The position numbers and the translations under genes were made by a program. Below, piece after piece: positions 61,001 through 64,000 of a stretch of 64,000 nt of DNA (positions are counted from its first letter, which is position 1; each line of letters opens with the position of its first letter). Under the pieces are notes generated by a model. The model had not been told where the DNA came from, ran no database searches, and was given only the letters and a program-made list of their open reading frames with translations. Source of the DNA: Epithemia pelagica (Eukaryota; Protista; Bacillariophyta); NCBI GenBank assembly GCA_946965045.2, contig OX337228.1, positions 2,666,001-2,730,000 of the forward strand. Reading direction: 5' to 3'.

Positions 61001-61271
61001 GCGGACAAAATCTCTCAATCATCAGTCAGCAAGCCTCTCCCACATTGTAGATGAAACCATTTCAAAGCTTCCGCAAGTGAGAGCCCAAGTGGCAAAGGTA
61101 CAAGAAAGAAAGCGTCAGAATAGAAAGGAGGATATGCGGAGGGATGAGAATTGTCGGCAAAAGAAATTGAAACGAGACGATGATCGCAATGATCTGCTCT
61201 CTTTACCTCTCCGAACTGACCCTTTTCCTTGCTTAAAATCAATCCGAATTGATACAATAAAAACCAGATAG
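58080..61271 (+). pseudogene. DDE transposase of RAG1-core/Transib/Chapaev type, ~1063 codons, one in-frame TAA
   Basis: Track ORFs 58080-60461 and 60543-61271 are in the same frame, separated only by TAA 60459-60461. Motifs WSCDHGQG, SGDGSQ...G...CWYCD, PILHLLLGLGN, DLQGNS, ITPKFHFVEDH and VGDLTEEQGERVHQ. Confidence 0.8.
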
Positions 61272-61336
61272 TCATGAAAGATACTAATAAACCATCATTA
61301 ATTGCTGCTTGTTTTTGCTTTGTGCTTGTGTGTTGA

Positions 61337-61792
61337 TTACGAGTCACCACCAAAAATAAAGACAAAAGCATGTTGCTCTTCCAAAATACTCCTGGTTGTT
61401 GCTGTAATGTTCTCATACAGCCAATGGACCTCATTGATCCGGCAGTAGCCTGGTGGAGTGTCGGTCACTTTATACAGGCAAACGTTGTTTCGCTGGGTGA
61501 CGGTCAATCGTATTGCTGCCAGAAAGATTCTTGGAGACCATTCAAGTGGAACAGAAACAATGGCTTCGTGGACTGGTTGGTCTGAATTTGCAGACCAAAA
61601 TGACACTTTCATTGTACTTTCCATTGATCGATTGTCTTGATTTACATGGGCAGAGCAGTGAATTGCTCGAACAGAAATAGAAACAAAATGAGAGTGGACG
61701 GATGGAAAGAGGTTGCTCTCTGAGACAAGGAATAGACCAATTTCTGTCGGGAAACTCGTAACAGCACACTGGCGGGTAGCAGGAGGAGGCAT
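61337..61792 (-). CDS. Hypothetical small ORF convergent with the transposase, inside the candidate element
   Basis: 151-codon ORF with ATG. The C-terminal ~95 aa (MESTMKVSFW...FVFIFGGDS) has globular alpha/beta composition. No family recognised. Confidence 0.35.
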   Translation of the reverse strand: MPPPATRQCAVTSFPTEIGLFLVSESNLFPSVHSHFVSISVRAIHCSAHVNQDNRSMESTMKVSFWSANSDQPVHEAIVSVPLEWSPRIFLAAIRLTVTQRNNVCLYKVTDTPPGYCRINEVHWLYENITATTRSILEEQHAFVFIFGGDS

Positions 61793-62089
61793 GACAGAGG
61801 TATGATTGTGTAAAGGTTGATCAAACTGCCGCCATGGTCTTCTTGTTTTGTTTTCAATATGGCTATGAGGTTGGTGAATTGCTGGGATTGAGCGTCGGAG
61901 CTCAGTTTTCGAGGGGGATACGTGCTACTTAAAGGCTACTCGTACTAAAGAGCAACTCCTATGTGAGACCACTCGTACACACGCAACGCTCGGAATGTGG
62001 CAGAAGCCTGGCAAGAGGTGCGACCCTTCTTTAGTCAGTCCCACCACGCCTCTGAATTTTGAAAGGGACCATGTTGGTTATTGGGTGTA

Positions 62090-62706
62090 CTCGTAAGGGC
62101 TGGGTAAGCCGATCCATGTTCGGCTAAGTAGGCTCAGTACATTAAGCTACGTAGTACTATTTTCATCACTGTAACAAGTGGGGCGAATGGTCACAAATCG
62201 AAAACTTGCTGCCACGAGAAACAATGCAATCCGGAAACCATCGCTCGACAATGGTGGAAGCCATCACCCCCATGACCATAACTTCCTCAATAATAGAGCT
62301 TGACTCGACCGCTTTGACAATAAGATTATTTACTACTAGAGTGACTATGCTTTCAATTCGGTCGAGTCACCGTTGAGAAATGAATGAGTTAGGAAGGTTT
62401 TTGGATTACATCACCACAGAAAAATGAGTATACCTTTTGATCCAACGCGACAAATCTTCTGTAGCTGCAGAACACAGTAATACTAGCAAACTCAAACAAC
62501 TTACAGTAGTAGGATGTTGATGCGATGCATCGGTAAATGCATGCGGCATCAACGGATCTCGCCGTCATCGTGGAGTGTTTTTGCATTTTTTCGGACTTCC
62601 TACCATTTCAGGTAATACGTGTACTATGGGATTTTATGTACGCTACGTAGCTTTTGTACTGAACCTACTTAGCCGAACATGGATCGGCTTATCCAGCCCT
62701 TACGAG
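62090..62706. mobile_element. Non-autonomous TIR element (617 bp) with ~65-bp TIRs and TA duplication
   Basis: 62090-62154 vs reverse complement of 62643-62706 differ at 4 positions (CTCGTAAGGGCTGGRTAAGCCGATCCATGTTCGGCTAAGTAGGYTCAGTACA..AAGCTACGTAG). TA flanks both sides. Confidence 0.85.
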
Positions 62707-63042
62707 TAATGAAATGACAAAAGAACAAAGACCCAACGGACGGAGTTTGTAGAGTTTGATGTACCTGACAAAGGGTATTGTAAAGGGTGGCACAGGCACA
62801 ACTCAGCGCATCGTCCAGCGTCATCGCCCGTATTCATAATATGAAAGCCTTAAGCGTGACACACATGCGTCAGTTTCGTATCGCCAGGATGTCGCAGAAA
62901 CCATTATTTAGGCCTTAGACATCCAAATCTTCAGTGTTCTTCGGCGACTGACGACCCGAAACATTTTTCTTGCGCCCGCAACCGAGACATCCATCTCGCT
63001 CTCCCTTTCCCTCCATGGTTTTGGTTTTGTGTAACAAATAAA

Positions 63043-64000
63043 ATGTTGGCGACCATCATGATTAGCCCTGGATCCAGTTGCCTGGAAGGAGAAGATATAG
63101 GAGACCAGTGGATAAGAGAGTCAAGTATGATCCACCTATTTGCCGTGTTTGTCTTCTTCCTCCTCTGGAAACTACATAGGTGTCTTGGACGCACGCTGTT
63201 TGATGACATACTTGATAAATCTTCTTTCGCACGACAGGATGTCACGTCCTTGAATGGCAGTGTCAACTCTGTGGAAACCAACAAACAAGCAAGAATATCC
63301 AACTCTGAACAGATAACGATATCAAATGATTTGTGGCTTCAAAAGGAAGCTTCAGAGTCCACATCGGCTGAGAGGTCAAGATTCTTTGCTGCCAAAGGGG
63401 ACCAGGCAGCAAAATCTCTTCAACTGTACCTAAGTTGGCGAAAGCAATATTTCCTACTGGAGCAGGATATTGAGTATACGCCAACTGGAAATGAAGATCA
63501 AGACACCTGGAATATCTCAACACGTCTGGCATGTAAGATTCACAATGTCAAGAAGGAGGTTACGTTACCCCAATTTGTCAGAACCCACAAGTTGCCAACA
63601 TCCGATGGTGATCTTCGTGATGATCAAGGAGCTCGTATCTTTCATGTGACACCTGGTCGTATCGATGAGCGTTTGTGTGCAACGCCTACGTACGCAACTG
63701 CTCTGGCGATTTATCTCGACAAGAAATTGAGCCGTGAATCACTGGAAAAGATTGCGGTTGTTCTGGATGTTCGAGGTGGAATGGGATGGCGAAACTTGAA
63801 TGCTGCAAGTCAACTTCCCTTTATTCAGCACACATGTAGACTTCTTCTTGCAATGTTCCCGGAGCGCTTGTCAAGAGCCATTGTGTACCCCATTCCTGCT
63901 AGTTTTGTATGGTTGTGGTCCATTGCCTCGCGGTGCATTGATCCAAAAACAAGAAACAAGATCGGGGTGCTATCAGGCACTGCAACCATTCGAGCAAGGC
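63043..64000 (+). CDS. CRAL-TRIO (Sec14-like) lipid-binding protein, 3' end beyond the window
   Basis: Open frame from ATG 63043 to the window end, absent from the ORF track (no stop). N-terminal hydrophobic helix, ERSRFFAAK..YLSWRK, VVLDVRGG and MFPERLSRAIVYPIP..WLWSIASRCIDPKTRNKI. Confidence 0.85.
   Translation, partial: MLATIMISPGSSCLEGEDIGDQWIRESSMIHLFAVFVFFLLWKLHRCLGRTLFDDILDKSSFARQDVTSLNGSVNSVETNKQARISNSEQITISNDLWLQKEASESTSAERSRFFAAKGDQAAKSLQLYLSWRKQYFLLEQDIEYTPTGNEDQDTWNISTRLACKIHNVKKEVTLPQFVRTHKLPTSDGDLRDDQGARIFHVTPGRIDERLCATPTYATALAIYLDKKLSRESLEKIAVVLDVRGGMGWRNLNAASQLPFIQHTCRLLLAMFPERLSRAIVYPIPASFVWLWSIASRCIDPKTRNKIGVLSGTATIRAR

Larger units (their letters stand above)
57770..61999 (+). 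mobile_element. Candidate RAG1-core/Transib/Chapaev-like DNA transposon, 4230 bp
   Basis: Encloses the transposase frame. Ends are CACGTTCCGA (57770-57779) and TCGGAATGTG (61990-61999), a 9/10 inverted match, with GCA on both outer flanks. Boundaries are tentative. Confidence 0.5.

Noticed and set aside
41834-61271. Stop-codon reassignment suggested by six in-frame stops in otherwise intact frames
   Set aside because: Housekeeping genes here end normally in TAA (MCM10, ALS), TAG (GCSH, PreP) and TGA (PRP31, HMGCL). The internal stops are confined to TEs and one divergent gene.
61337-61792. RAG2-like identity for the convergent ORF
   Set aside because: Too short, with no kelch repeats or PHD finger.

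Overview
Compact, intron-containing eukaryotic nuclear DNA, almost certainly a diatom or related stramenopile. The evidence is short GT-AG introns, bipartite signal+F plastid presequences, and a Copia element resembling diatom CoDi elements. Positions 1-50,930 hold about 25 protein-coding genes: ankyrin protein, MCM10, GCSH, plastid TPI, ACL4-like, a 1226-aa GH161-type beta-1,3-glucan phosphorylase with a membrane anchor, H2A.Z, PRP31, EMC2, MDP1, CIAO1, SPRY protein, HMGCL, hnRNP F/H-like, plastid ALS, CCT5, PreP, LPA1-like, and several unknowns. Two MITEs also lie in this part. Positions 51,037-62,708 are a stack of three independent transposon insertions in what was a ~0.6-kb divergent promoter between LPA1-like and a CRAL-TRIO gene. 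(1) A 6.7-kb Copia element with 81-bp LTRs. (2) A ~4.2-kb candidate DNA transposon with CAC...GTG ends, encoding a ~1063-codon transposase that carries the RAG1-core/Transib/Chapaev DDE and C2H2-zinc motifs, plus a convergent small ORF. (3) A 617-bp element with ~65-bp TIRs. Exon boundaries were read by eye. Family assignments come from remembered motifs; no database search was run.
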